64,000 nucleotides of DNA from Phycisphaerae bacterium. GTDB taxonomy: Bacteria > Planctomycetota > Phycisphaerae > UBA1845 > Fen-1342. A model generated the notes under the pieces. It searched no databases, was not told the origin of the DNA, and worked only from the letters and a program-made list of their open reading frames with translations. Shown here piece by piece: positions 28,431-39,146 of the stretch (position 1 is its first letter; each line of letters begins with the position of its first letter). The translations under genes and the position numbers were made by a program. The stretch covers positions 119,790-183,789 of the forward strand of contig JASFQK010000006.1 in NCBI GenBank assembly GCA_050115495.1, in the 5' to 3' direction.

Positions 28431-28619
28431 CCCCGCGCCCACGCACATCCGGACCGCGTATCGGATGAACTGGGGCGAAAAGCCGCCGGCTCGCCGCGAA
28501 GGTTCGGCCGGCGGTCGGGTATCGCCGGTTGTGGCTGGCGTCAAGCGGGGGTATGATTCCTCCCTCAGCCGGCGAGCACCATTTGCAACGCCGTGGGCGC
28601 TATCCACAAGGAGCGATCG

Positions 28620-29786
28620 TTGGAGAAGTCGAGCAAAGCCAGGCCGCATTTGTTTACGTCCGAATCCGTCAGCATGGGGCACCCGGACAAGGTGGCCGAC
28701 CAGGTATCGGATGCCATCCTTGATGCCATGCTGGAACAGGACCCACATTCCCGTGTCGCCTGCGAGACGATGGTCTCGACCGGCATGGTGGTCGTCGCGG
28801 GTGAAGTCACGACCAAAGCCTACGTCGAGATCCCCGACATTGTCCGCGAGACGATCAAGGAGATCGGCTACACCTCGGGCGACATGGCCTTCGACTTCGA
28901 ATCCTGCGCGGTGCTCACCTCGATCAAGCGTCAATCGCCCGATATCGCTCTGGGCGTGAACCGCGAAGGTGCCGGCGACCAGGGCATGATGTTCGGCTTC
29001 GCCTGCCGCGAGACGCCCGAGCTGATGCCGTTGCCGATCCACCTTGCCCACCGGCTGATGGAGCAGCACGTGCACGCCCGACGCGAGGGTACGGTCAACG
29101 GTCTGCGGCCGGACGCCAAGTCGCAGGTCACCGTCGAGTACGAGGGGCCGCGGCCGGTGCGCGTCGACACGGTGGTGCTCTCGACGCAGCACGACAAGTC
29201 CTGGAACGAACGGCAGCCTGAGCTCAAGCAGGCGATCATCCGCCACATCGTCCAGCCCGTGCTCGGCGAGTGGTGGCGCGACGACATCACCGTCCACGTC
29301 AACCCGACGGGCCGCTTCGAGATCGGCGGTCCGCACGGCGATTGCGGTCTGACCGGGCGGAAGATCATCGTCGACACCTACGGCGGACGCGGTCGGCATG
29401 GCGGCGGAGCCTTCTCCGGCAAGGACCCGACGAAGGTAGACCGCTCGGCAGCCTACATGGCCCGGCACATCGCTAAGAACATCGTCGCCGCCGACTTGGC
29501 CGATATCTGCGAGGTGCAGCTCTCCTACGCCATCGGCGTGGCGGAGCCGACGAGCGTGCTGGTGAGCACCGAGGGCACGGCCCGCATCAGCGAAGAGCTC
29601 ATCAGCCAACTGGTTCTCGAGCATTTCCCGCTGACGCCGCGCGGCATTATCGATTACCTGGACCTGCGCCGGCCGATATACAGGGAAACGGCGCGTCACG
29701 GGCACTTCGGCCGGGCGTTGCCGACCTTCACCTGGGAAAAGACGAACAAGGCCGAAGTCCTGAAGAAGGCAGCCGCCAAGGCTTAG
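28620..29786 (+). CDS. metK: S-adenosylmethionine synthetase
   Basis: [38 protein letters not shown] start after AAGGAG. Confidence 0.97.
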   Translation: MEKSSKARPHLFTSESVSMGHPDKVADQVSDAILDAMLEQDPHSRVACETMVSTGMVVVAGEVTTKAYVEIPDIVRETIKEIGYTSGDMAFDFESCAVLTSIKRQSPDIALGVNREGAGDQGMMFGFACRETPELMPLPIHLAHRLMEQHVHARREGTVNGLRPDAKSQVTVEYEGPRPVRVDTVVLSTQHDKSWNERQPELKQAIIRHIVQPVLGEWWRDDITVHVNPTGRFEIGGPHGDCGLTGRKIIVDTYGGRGRHGGGAFSGKDPTKVDRSAAYMARHIAKNIVAADLADICEVQLSYAIGVAEPTSVLVSTEGTARISEELISQLVLEHFPLTPRGIIDYLDLRRPIYRETARHGHFGRALPTFTWEKTNKAEVLKKAAAKA

Positions 29787-29837
29787 AGCGGCGCCATTCC
29801 CCGCGCCCGACATGAGCGCGGGGGTAGAGAGAGCGGT

Positions 29838-30960
29838 ATGGTTGAATTACAACACGAAGATCCGGCTTCCACATTGCAGGAGCTGACGGCCCGGATCTAC
29901 GCGATCCGGGACTCTCTTTGACCTGCCGGAGAAAGCCTCCCAACTCAGCAAGCTGGCCACCGCCATGGAGAAGCCGGGCTTCTGGGACAACCAGGAAGAA
30001 GCCCAGCGGACCGTGCAGTCGATGAAGGGCCTGCGCGCCCAGGTCGAGCCCGTGCAGGACCTGCTGGCGCGGATCGAGGATGCGGCGGTCCTGGTCGAGC
30101 TCGCCGCCGAGCAGGACGACGAGTCCGCTCGCAACGAGGTACGCTGCGAACTCCAGGACATCCAGACACGGACGGACCAGGTCGAGCTGCTCACGCTGCT
30201 GTCCGGCCCGAACGACCAGCGCCCGTGCTTCCTCAGCATCCAGGCCGGCGCCGGCGGCGTCGACGCCAGCGACTTCGCCGAGATGCTCCTGCGCATGTAC
30301 CTCATGTACTTCGAGCGCAGCGGCTACGACGTCTCCGAAGTCGATCGGCGGCCGGGCGAAGAGGCCGGGATCCAGTCGGCCACGCTGCTCGTCGAGGGAC
30401 CGTACGCCTACGGCCACCTGTCCTGCGAAGCCGGCGTGCACCGCCTCGTCCGCTTCAGCCCCTACAACGCCCAGGGCAAGCGCCAGACCTCCTTTGCCGG
30501 CGTCGACGTCATCCCCGAATTCGAAGAGGCCCAGATCGAGATCGCCGAGTGCGACCTCGAAATCGAGTACTACCGCCGGGCCTCGGGCGCCGGTGGGCAG
30601 AACGTCAACAAAGTCGCCACCGCGGTGCGCATGCGGCACAAGCCCAGCGGCATCCTGGTCGAGTGTGTCAACGAGCGCAGCCAGCAGCAGAACAAGCGCA
30701 TGGCCCTGCTCATCCTGAAGTCGAAGCTGGAGCAGCTCGAACAGGCCAAGCGCGACGCCGAACTGGCCAAGCTCTACAGCGAGAAGGGTGATATCGCCTG
30801 GGGCAACCAGATCCGCAGCTACGTCCTGCACGGCTCGACGATCCACGTGAAGGACCATCGCACCGGGCTGGCCGTCGGCGACGTGCAGCGCGTCCTCAAC
30901 GGCGATCTGCAACCGTTCATCGACGCCCGCCTGCGGCAGAAGCTCCAGCGCGGCAAGTAG
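29838..30960 (+). CDS. prfB: Peptide chain release factor 2 (programmed +1 frameshift)
   Basis: ATG 29838 in frame to CTT TGA C (29916-29922); the +1 frame continues into the ORF with SPY, GAGGQNVNK and WGNQIRSY. Confidence 0.95.
29907..29922 (+). other. prfB +1 frameshift site
   Basis: CGGGACTCT CTT TGA C. Confidence 0.9.
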
Positions 30961-30972
30961 CCCTCGCCGCCC

Positions 30973-31422
30973 TCAGAACCCCCGCCGCGAATCCAGCAGA
31001 ACGCAGATCGGCCCGTCGTTCACCGCGTCGACCAGCATGTACGCCGCGAAGCGCCCGGTGGCCACGGTCAGGCCGGCGGTTCGCAGCGCGTCGACGAGCT
31101 GCGTGATGAGCGGCTCGGCGGCGGCGCCGGAAGCGGAATGGTCGAAGGACGGTCGGCGACCGCGCCGGGCGTCGGCGCAGACGGTGAAGGCGCTGACCAG
31201 GAGCACCGCCCCGCCGGCCTCCTGCACGTCGCGGTTCATCTTGCCTTCGGCGTCGGGGAAGATGCGCAAGTGGTGGACCTTGTCGGCGATGTAGCGGACG
31301 TCATCGTCGCCATCGTCGGGAGCGGCCGCCGCGTAGACCAGCAGGCCCGGCCCAATCTCGCCGACGGTTTCGCCATCGACAGTGACGCGGGCCTCGCGAA
31401 CGCGCTGCACGACGACTCTCAC
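30973..31422 (-). CDS. dtd: D-aminoacyl-tRNA deacylase
   Basis: VVQRV, LRIF.D..GKMN, SAFT, GRRPSF, NDGP; GTG start overlaps the upstream TGA. Confidence 0.93.
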   Translation of the reverse strand: MRVVVQRVREARVTVDGETVGEIGPGLLVYAAAAPDDGDDDVRYIADKVHHLRIFPDAEGKMNRDVQEAGGAVLLVSAFTVCADARRGRRPSFDHSASGAAAEPLITQLVDALRTAGLTVATGRFAAYMLVDAVNDGPICVLLDSRRGF

Positions 31423-32279
31423 GGGAGGTCCCTCCACTCGGGGCCGTAGAGGTACGAGAACAGCTTCTCCGCCACCGCGGTGCGGCCTGGCTCGTGCTGA
31501 AGCCACTCGATCACGGCGGGCACGCCGCGAGCGTCGCCCGCGACGGCGAGCAGCCGGCCGGCGGCCCAACGAACCTCTGGCACCGGATCGGCCAGCAGCG
31601 CTATTAGCGATTCGGTCAGCGGCTCGCCCAGCGGCACGGCGGGCGGCAGGCCCGGCATGATGATGCCCAACCCCGCCGGCGCCGGCATGACCCCGTCCAG
31701 GAACAGCTGCCGGGGGCTGAGAGTGCGAACCGCATCGGCTTCGAGCGGTAACAAATCGCGCGCAAGCATGGTATGCATGCTGTAAGGGTCCATCGTCGCA
31801 ACGAGGATCCAGCGCAGATCCTCGACAGCCGGGACTTGCGCATCGTGTTTCCAGCCGTTGAGTGCGGCGCGGCGCATACCACACTCACACAGCACACGCC
31901 GATGCGCGAGCTTGTCGTCGGCCGATGCAGACTGAAGCCAGCCGTCAACCAGGGCGAGCAGGTTGGGACTGTCGGCGCCGCGCAGGACCAGCAGGTCGCT
32001 CAGGATCTGAAGCGTGCGATCGACCACAACGAAGTCGCCGCTGCTGAGTAGATCTTTCAGGATCGGGGCGCGGCTGCCGGGAACCTCGAACTCGGTTAGG
32101 TGCACGAGCCGGCCGATCTGCGTCCAGTCGGAGGGGCCAAGCTTGTCGCGGTGCAACTGCCACCACAGTTCCCCCCGCACACCGTCAACGCCGGGCAGAC
32201 GCGTCCAGCCCACGCTGGCGGCGACCAGCAACGCCAGAACGCAAGCCCAGGAGACAATACGGCGTAGACGGCGAGACAT
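31419..32279 (-). CDS. Hypothetical membrane-anchored HEAT-repeat protein
   Basis: N-terminal RR plus TM; LIALLADPVPEVRWAAGRLL HEAT-like motif. Confidence 0.6.
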   Translation of the reverse strand: MSRRLRRIVSWACVLALLVAASVGWTRLPGVDGVRGELWWQLHRDKLGPSDWTQIGRLVHLTEFEVPGSRAPILKDLLSSGDFVVVDRTLQILSDLLVLRGADSPNLLALVDGWLQSASADDKLAHRRVLCECGMRRAALNGWKHDAQVPAVEDLRWILVATMDPYSMHTMLARDLLPLEADAVRTLSPRQLFLDGVMPAPAGLGIIMPGLPPAVPLGEPLTESLIALLADPVPEVRWAAGRLLAVAGDARGVPAVIEWLQHEPGRTAVAEKLFSYLYGPEWRDLP

Positions 32280-32363
32280 GGTCACATTGTACGCCGACCG
32301 CCAGCGGGCGTCCCGGGCCGGGCGGTATCGTCACTGGCGCGGGTTATCGGTATCATGCGGGCC

Positions 32364-33824
32364 ATGGATGCTGCAAATCACGCCAACGAGCCGCCGTCAT
32401 CTCTCCGCGGCTTGCCGTCGGTAGACCATCTCCTGAAGCAGCCCACCGTGGCCAGCCTGCTTACCGAGCATCCGCGGGGGGAAGTCGTGGCGGCCATCCG
32501 CACCGTGCTGGACCACCAGCGCGAGGTGATCCGCGGCGGGCAGACCGGACCGCCGAACGTGACCGGCCTGGCCCTGGAGATCCGGGAGGCGCTGTACCAG
32601 CGGTCGGTGCCGCATCTACGGCGGGTGATCAACGCCACGGGGATCGTGCTGCACACGGGGTTGGGGCGGGCACCGCTGGCACCGGAGGCGATTGAGGCGA
32701 TCGCCGAAGTGTCGGCCGATTACTGCAACCTCGAGCTGAACCTGGAGACGGGGCACCGCGGCGACCGTTACGACCACGCCCGCGATCTGCTGCGCGAGCT
32801 GACCGGGGCCGAGGACGCCCTGGTGGTGAACAACAACGCCGCCGGCACGTACCTGGCCCTGAACACGCTGGCCGCCGGGCGCGAGGTGGTCGTGGCCCGC
32901 GGGCAGTTGGTGGAGATCGGCGGCTCGTACCGCATGCCGGACATCATGGCCGCCGCCGGCTGCCGGATGATCGAGGTGGGCACCACCAACCGCAACCGCA
33001 TCGGCGACTACGAGCGGGCGATCTCGGAAGAGACCGCCGCCCTGCTGCACGTCCATACGAGCAACTACCGCGTGATGGGCTTCACGGCGAGCGCATCGCT
33101 GGCGGAGTTGGTCGAGCTGGGGCACTCCCGCGGGCTGTCGGTGGTCAACGATCTGGGCAGCGGCCTGCTCGACAGGAACCTGGTGCAACTGCAACCCGAG
33201 GCGGACGGGGCGGCTCCGGCGCTGCCTGACTGGGATGAGCCGTCGGTGCGTGAGAGCGTCGCCGCCGGCGCGGATCTGACGCTGTTCAGCGGCGACAAAC
33301 TGCTCGGCGGGCCGCAGGCGGGGGTGATCGTGGGGCGAGCGGAGCTGGTCGCCCGGCTGCGGAAGAACCCGCTGGCCCGCACGTTCCGCACAGACAAGAT
33401 GACGCTCGCCGGGTTGGAGGCGACACTGCGGCTATACCGTGACCCGGCGTCGCTGTGTCGGCGGGTGCCGGTGCTGCGGCGGCTAACCGTGAGCCTGGAC
33501 GAGCTGAAGGCCGCCGGCCGCAGTCTCGCCGACCGCATCGCGCAATATCTGCCGGCGGCGACGGTGACGTGCGAACTGGACGAATCGCTGGCGGGTGGCG
33601 GTTCCCTGCCGCTGACGCCGTTTCAGACGTGCGTGGTCGTGGTGCGCCCGCCGGAGCTGGACGCGGCCCGCGTGGCGGCGGCCCTGCGTGACCGGGCCGT
33701 GCCGATCATCTGCCGCGTGCGGGATGCGGCGCTGGTGTTCGACTGCCGCACGCTGGCGGCGGACGATGCCGAGCTCATCGCCGGCGCGCTGGCGGAAGTG
33801 GCGCGCGATCTCGCCGAAGCCTGA
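32364..33824 (+). CDS. selA: L-seryl-tRNA(Sec) selenium transferase
   Basis: LPSVD, VINATGIVLHTGLGRAPL, VNNNAA, EIGGSYR, EVGTTN, FSGDKLLGGPQAG. Confidence 0.95.
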   Translation: MDAANHANEPPSSLRGLPSVDHLLKQPTVASLLTEHPRGEVVAAIRTVLDHQREVIRGGQTGPPNVTGLALEIREALYQRSVPHLRRVINATGIVLHTGLGRAPLAPEAIEAIAEVSADYCNLELNLETGHRGDRYDHARDLLRELTGAEDALVVNNNAAGTYLALNTLAAGREVVVARGQLVEIGGSYRMPDIMAAAGCRMIEVGTTNRNRIGDYERAISEETAALLHVHTSNYRVMGFTASASLAELVELGHSRGLSVVNDLGSGLLDRNLVQLQPEADGAAPALPDWDEPSVRESVAAGADLTLFSGDKLLGGPQAGVIVGRAELVARLRKNPLARTFRTDKMTLAGLEATLRLYRDPASLCRRVPVLRRLTVSLDELKAAGRSLADRIAQYLPAATVTCELDESLAGGGSLPLTPFQTCVVVVRPPELDAARVAAALRDRAVPIICRVRDAALVFDCRTLAADDAELIAGALAEVARDLAEA

Positions 33825-33858
33825 CCGGCGCGGCCGGCTTCGGCGGTGGGAGGCGTAG

Positions 33859-35739
33859 ATGTCAACGAAGCCGTTTCGCTATCCGCTATGGGCCTGCGGC
33901 GACCTGGACGGGTTCTTCGGCCTGATGGTCGACAACTTGGTGCAGGTGCTGCTCATCATCGACCTGTGCAAGTACCTGTGCGGCCTGCCCGACATGCTCA
34001 TCTACGAGCGCATCCTGCCGGGCGTCGGCATCAGCCTCATCATCGGGAACATCTTCTACGGGCTCCAGGCGCAGTACGTGGCCCGCAAGCATCGGCGCCC
34101 CGACACCACGGCCCTGCCTTACGGCATCAACACGCCCTCGGTTATCGCCTACGCGTACTTCATCATGGCCCCCGTCTACAAGGCGACCGGCGACGGCAAC
34201 CTGGCGTGGATGGCCGGACTGCTGGCCTGCCTGGTCAGCGGTGTGATCGAGTTCCTGGGCGCTTTCGTCGCCGAGCGGCTGCGCCGCATCACACCGCGCG
34301 CGGCACTGCTGGGCGTGCTGGCCGCAGTGGGCATCGCCTTCATCGCGGCGGACTTCGCCTTCCGCATCTACACGCGGCCGCTGGTTGGCCTGCTCCCGCT
34401 GGCCGTCTTGCTGCTGGCGTACTTCGCCCGCTACCGGTTCCCCCTGCGTCTGCCGGGCGGATTCCTCGCGGTGATCCTCGGCAGCCTGATCGCCTGGGGA
34501 ACGACGCTGTTCGGCGGGGACTGGTTCGGCAGCGTGACGATGTCGACGCAGGCTCTGGGTGATGCGCTCGGCCGCGACGCCGCCAGCGGGGCGATCAACT
34601 TCGCCAACGTGCACTGGATCCAACCGGCGTTCGTCGGACAGCAGATCTGGCAGCTACTGGTGGACAATCCCAACCTCGTGCTGCTCTATCTCACCGTCTC
34701 CGTCCCGATGGGCGTCATCAACGTCATCGGCTCGCTCCAGAACATCGAGTCGGCGGAAGCGGGCGGCGATCGCTTCGCCACGGGCCCGTCGCTCGCCGTG
34801 AACGGACTGGGCTCCATCGCCGCCGGCCTGTTCGGCTCCTGCTTCCCGACGACGATCTACATCGGGCACCCGGGATGGAAGGCGCTGGGCGCGAAGTCGG
34901 GCTACTCGATCGTGAACGGGCTCTTCTTCACGGTGGTTTTCCTGTTTGGTCTCGGGCCGTTCCTGCGAGCGCTGATCCCCATCGAGGCCGGCGCCGCGAT
35001 CGTCATGTACATCGGCATCATCATCACGGCCCAGGCCTTCCAGGCCACGCCGCGGTCGCACGCCCCCGCGGTCGCAATCGCCCTCTTCCCGGGGATGGCG
35101 GCGATCATTGTGGTCACGCTCGGGCTGTACTTCGACTACCCCGGTGTGGGCGTCAACCTGGTGGACATCCTCCAGAATCCGACGCCGACAACCATGTATT
35201 TGCCCGGTCTGCTCACGTTAGCCGGGGCAAACTCGGGGTGGATCGTCGTGACACTGCTCCTTACGGCCACCGGCGCCGCGCTCATCGACCGGAAGTACCG
35301 GGCGGCGACGGCCTGGGCGGCGGTGGCCACCGTGCTCACGTTGCTGGGCGCGCTGCACGCCTACCGGCTCGAATATCACGATGGACGGAACATCGTCCGC
35401 GAGTACTTCGCCTGGCAGCAGGTCGACGCCCCACACCTGCAAGCGCCACCGACCTCGGCACCGGCCGACTCGTCCGACACACCCACCGCGGCGGCGGACG
35501 CCGGGCCGCAGGTCGCCTACCGCGCTTACCCCATCGCCATCGGCTACGGCCTGGCCACGATCGTGTTCGCCCTCGCAGCCATGCGCCGACGAGCGTACGA
35601 CGAGCCGGTAAGTGAAGTGCCGGATGCCGGCGGTGGACTGGGACCGGAGCTGACGCTGCAAGCGCTGGATCGACCGGTCGAGGACCTGCCGCCCATTCCG
35701 CTGGTGGGCGACGAACCGGAAACACGAGAAAATGAATAG
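33859..35739 (+). CDS. NCS2-family nucleobase (purine) permease
   Basis: GDLDGFFGL..DN, TALPYGINT, QNIESAEAGGD, PTTIYIGHPGWK; adjacent to adenine deaminase. Confidence 0.85.
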   Translation: MSTKPFRYPLWACGDLDGFFGLMVDNLVQVLLIIDLCKYLCGLPDMLIYERILPGVGISLIIGNIFYGLQAQYVARKHRRPDTTALPYGINTPSVIAYAYFIMAPVYKATGDGNLAWMAGLLACLVSGVIEFLGAFVAERLRRITPRAALLGVLAAVGIAFIAADFAFRIYTRPLVGLLPLAVLLLAYFARYRFPLRLPGGFLAVILGSLIAWGTTLFGGDWFGSVTMSTQALGDALGRDAASGAINFANVHWIQPAFVGQQIWQLLVDNPNLVLLYLTVSVPMGVINVIGSLQNIESAEAGGDRFATGPSLAVNGLGSIAAGLFGSCFPTTIYIGHPGWKALGAKSGYSIVNGLFFTVVFLFGLGPFLRALIPIEAGAAIVMYIGIIITAQAFQATPRSHAPAVAIALFPGMAAIIVVTLGLYFDYPGVGVNLVDILQNPTPTTMYLPGLLTLAGANSGWIVVTLLLTATGAALIDRKYRAATAWAAVATVLTLLGALHAYRLEYHDGRNIVREYFAWQQVDAPHLQAPPTSAPADSSDTPTAAADAGPQVAYRAYPIAIGYGLATIVFALAAMRRRAYDEPVSEVPDAGGGLGPELTLQALDRPVEDLPPIPLVGDEPETRENE

Positions 35740-35769
35740 AGGGCTGAGCCGCGCGCGCTGGAGAGCAAC

Positions 35770-37491
35770 ATGGACCTGAAAGCCCACGTGGACATCGCCG
35801 CCGGACGCCGGCCGGCCGACCTCGTGTTGAAGAACGGCCGGATCGTGAACGTGCTGTCGTGCGAGATTCACGAGGCGGACGTGGCCATTTCCGGCGATCG
35901 CATCGTCGGACTGGGCACGTATAGCGGCCGGGAAGAGGTGGACCTGCACGGGCAGTACGTCTGCCCCGGCTTCATCGACGGGCACATCCACATCGAGTCG
36001 TCGCTGCTGAGCGTGCCGGAATTCGCGAAGCTGGTCGCCACGCACGGCACGAGCGCCGTCATCGCCGACCCGCACGAGATCGCCAACGTGATCGGCACCG
36101 AGGGCATCCGCTTCATGCTCTCATCGAGCAAGTACTGCCCAATCTACGTGTACATGATGGTCAGCTCGTGCGTGCCGGCGTCGGAGTTCGAGAGCAGCGG
36201 CGCCGACCTGGGCGCCCTCGATATCCTGCCACTGCTGAGCGACCGCTGGGTGCTCGGGCTCGCGGAGATGATGGACCATCGCGGCGTCGTCGCCGGCGAC
36301 GAAGACTGCCTCGCCAAGTTGAAAGTGGCCGAGGGGCGGCTAATCGACGGGCACGCCCCGGGTCTGAGCGGGCGCGACCTCTGCGCGTACGTCGCCGCCG
36401 GCGTCGGCAGCGACCACGAATGCACGACGGCCGAGGAGGCGCGGGAGAAGCTGCGGCTCGGCATGCACATCATGATCCGCCAGGGCAGCCAGGCCCACGA
36501 CCTCAAGGCCCTGCTGCCGCTCGTGCAGCCGGACACGCTCGACCGCTTCATGTTCGTCACCGACGACAAGGACGTCGAGGACCTGCTGGCCGACGGGCAC
36601 ATGGACAGCATCATCCGGCTGGCGATCAAGCAGGGCATGAACCCGGTGCATGCCATCAAGCTGGCCACGCTGAACCCGGCCCGCTACTTCGGTCTCGACG
36701 ACCTCGGCGCGGTGGCCCCGGGCCGGCAGGCCTGCCTCGCGGTGCTGGATGATCTCGAGCACTGCCGCGTGACGCGCTGCTATCACGCCGGCCGGCTGGT
36801 CGCCACCGATGGCCAGGCCGCCGAGCTGGACCAGGGCCCGCGCCGGCGGCACATCCTGCGCAGCGCGATGAACGTGCACTGGCTCGAACCCGGGCAATTC
36901 GCGATTCACGCACCGCACAACGGCGAGTGCGAAGTGAACGTGATCGAGGTCGCCGAGGGAAGGCTCGAAACGGGCTGGGCGCGCGAGCGGCTGCGCAGCG
37001 TCGGCGGCCAACTTCCCGCCGACCCCAAGCGCGATCTGTGCAAGGTGGCCGTGATCGAGCGGCACCAGGCCAGCGGGCGCGTCGGGCTGGGTTTCGTCCG
37101 CGGACTGGGTCTGACCGGCGGCGCCCTGGCCTCATCGGTCGGGCACGACTCGCACAACCTGCTCGTGGCCGGCACGAACGATGCGGACCTGTTCACCGCC
37201 GCCGTGCAGGTGGTGAAGATGCGCGGAGGCTTCTGCGTGGTGCGCGACGGGCAGGTGCTGGCTGAAGTGCCGCTGCCCATCGCCGGCCTGATGAGCGAAG
37301 CCAGCGCCGAGACGCTCAGCGAGCAGTTGCACGCCCTGCACGAAGCGGCCCACACGCTCGACGTCGCCCTGCGCCGACCGTTCATGGCCCTGTCGTTCCT
37401 GAGCCTCTCGGTCATCGGCGCGCTGAAGCTCACCGACCGCGGCCTGGTCGACGTAAGCCGCGCCGCCTTGATCGACGTCGTGGCATCCTGA
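35770..37491 (+). CDS. ade: Adenine deaminase
   Basis: PGFIDGHIHIESS, DPHEIANV, DGHAP, DHEC, TDD, HDSHN. Confidence 0.95.
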   Translation: MDLKAHVDIAAGRRPADLVLKNGRIVNVLSCEIHEADVAISGDRIVGLGTYSGREEVDLHGQYVCPGFIDGHIHIESSLLSVPEFAKLVATHGTSAVIADPHEIANVIGTEGIRFMLSSSKYCPIYVYMMVSSCVPASEFESSGADLGALDILPLLSDRWVLGLAEMMDHRGVVAGDEDCLAKLKVAEGRLIDGHAPGLSGRDLCAYVAAGVGSDHECTTAEEAREKLRLGMHIMIRQGSQAHDLKALLPLVQPDTLDRFMFVTDDKDVEDLLADGHMDSIIRLAIKQGMNPVHAIKLATLNPARYFGLDDLGAVAPGRQACLAVLDDLEHCRVTRCYHAGRLVATDGQAAELDQGPRRRHILRSAMNVHWLEPGQFAIHAPHNGECEVNVIEVAEGRLETGWARERLRSVGGQLPADPKRDLCKVAVIERHQASGRVGLGFVRGLGLTGGALASSVGHDSHNLLVAGTNDADLFTAAVQVVKMRGGFCVVRDGQVLAEVPLPIAGLMSEASAETLSEQLHALHEAAHTLDVALRRPFMALSFLSLSVIGALKLTDRGLVDVSRAALIDVVAS

Positions 37492-37501
37492 TTATCAGCG
37501 G

Positions 37502-39085
37502 CTAAGGCTGGGACTGGCGGGCGACCGCCGGCGGGGATACGTGGTAGATGGCCCCGTCGGCCAGCCGCGCGCGGCATTCGAGCGTGAACTGCGCAGCCAG
37601 CCGATCGAGCTCGACTAGGTCGGTGCGATCAGGATCGGTGAACCAGACGAGTTCCGCACCACCCGTCGCGGCGATCCGTTCGGCGAGAGCGGCAAGCGAA
37701 GTCGCACTGACGTCCCGGCCGGCGGAGCAAGCCACGGGACTGAGAGCCACCGGCCGATCCGTCTGGAGATACACGAACTCAGCGCTGTTGCTGACGAGGG
37801 GGTCCCGGTTCGGCTGACCGCGCAAGTGGGCGATGGTCGCGGATTCCTGCCAGCGCGTCGTGCAATAGCCACCGGCACCTTCGCGCCGGGACGTCCGCAC
37901 TTTATCCGCCGCACGATCGCCCATTTCCGCCAGAACAGCGCAGCCAGCGAGCACGGCCAACACGTGAGCGACTCGCACCGCACGGCCCCACCGCCCGTCG
38001 GCGATCGCCCGCCGAGCCAGTTGCGCCGCCGCGTCGATCCCCCACACCGCGAGCAGCACGCCGGGCACGTACAGCGGTGCCAGCAGGCGATGCGACAGCG
38101 CATCCGCCGCCGTCCGGCTCGCCGCAACGACGAGACACCCGGCGTACACGGCCGCAAAACCGAGCACCAGGTACACCGCTCGCGGACCGGCGGAACCGCG
38201 CCCGGCACGCCGGTGCAGCGCCAGCACGCCGACGACGCTCAGCGCCAACACAACCAGCACCGGCGCCGGCGGCAACGTCATCGCCCGGTGCGCCGGCACG
38301 AACGCGGCAGCAAGGAACCGGGCCGCGGTGGTCACGTTGGCGAGCAGCGTGTACTCGCTGGAGGCCCGCGGTCCGGTCAGATGCCCGGTCAACCACCAGT
38401 TGCGCGCCAGCCACAACGCCAGCGGCGTCGCCGTCACTACGCCGAACAAAGCCGCGTTCGCCACGCGCCGGCGGTAGGAAGCGCCCCCGCGAACCAGCAG
38501 CATCAGCCCCCCCACCATGATCAGCGTCACGCCGAAATAACGCGTCAGACACGCCGCCGCCACGAGCAAGGCCGCCCCCAACAGCGTCGACGCTCGCGGG
38601 TCCTCGCCGGCGACGGACAACCGGTACAAGCCGGCGACCGCCAACAGCACAAACAGCGGCTCCGACCAGACGTAACAAGCCACCAGCAGCAGCGGAAACG
38701 ACAGCAGCGTCAGCACCGTCGCGAAGAGCCACAACCCGCGCGTCACCGTCGTCCGCCGAACCCAATGGCCTACGAGCGCCACGGTCGCCCCGAACGCCAG
38801 GGCGTTCAGCCAACGCGCACCCACAGCCGGCTCGACGCCGCACATGCCCAGCAATGCCAGCAACCCCGGCAGCATCGGCGGCCAGGCAACGTACCAGCCC
38901 CCATACGTACCAATGAAGCCCTCCCCCGCCCCAACGTGACGAGCGGCGGCGATATACGCGATGGAATCGCTCGTCACCGCCGCCCCGTACCGAGCCGTGG
39001 CCAGCAGCACCAGGCCCGCACCCAGCAGGCCGGCGACAGCAAGACCGGCCGACGCCCAGTGATCGTGTCGGTGGGCGAGACTCAT
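37502..39085 (-). CDS. GT-C fold (ArnT/PMT-like) membrane glycosyltransferase
   Basis: DSIAY, WPPMLP, WSEPLF, LTRYFG motifs; about 12 TM segments. Confidence 0.7.
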   Translation of the reverse strand: MSLAHRHDHWASAGLAVAGLLGAGLVLLATARYGAAVTSDSIAYIAAARHVGAGEGFIGTYGGWYVAWPPMLPGLLALLGMCGVEPAVGARWLNALAFGATVALVGHWVRRTTVTRGLWLFATVLTLLSFPLLLVACYVWSEPLFVLLAVAGLYRLSVAGEDPRASTLLGAALLVAAACLTRYFGVTLIMVGGLMLLVRGGASYRRRVANAALFGVVTATPLALWLARNWWLTGHLTGPRASSEYTLLANVTTAARFLAAAFVPAHRAMTLPPAPVLVVLALSVVGVLALHRRAGRGSAGPRAVYLVLGFAAVYAGCLVVAASRTAADALSHRLLAPLYVPGVLLAVWGIDAAAQLARRAIADGRWGRAVRVAHVLAVLAGCAVLAEMGDRAADKVRTSRREGAGGYCTTRWQESATIAHLRGQPNRDPLVSNSAEFVYLQTDRPVALSPVACSAGRDVSATSLAALAERIAATGGAELVWFTDPDRTDLVELDRLAAQFTLECRARLADGAIYHVSPPAVARQSQP

Positions 39086-39146
39086 GCTGAGGTTATCGGC
39101 GGGTGTGAGGGGTGGCTGTATCCGCGGGCCGCGCAGTTCCTGCGCG

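Noticed and set aside
28440..28615. SAM riboswitch upstream of metK
   Set aside because: No SAM-I/II consensus elements recognisable
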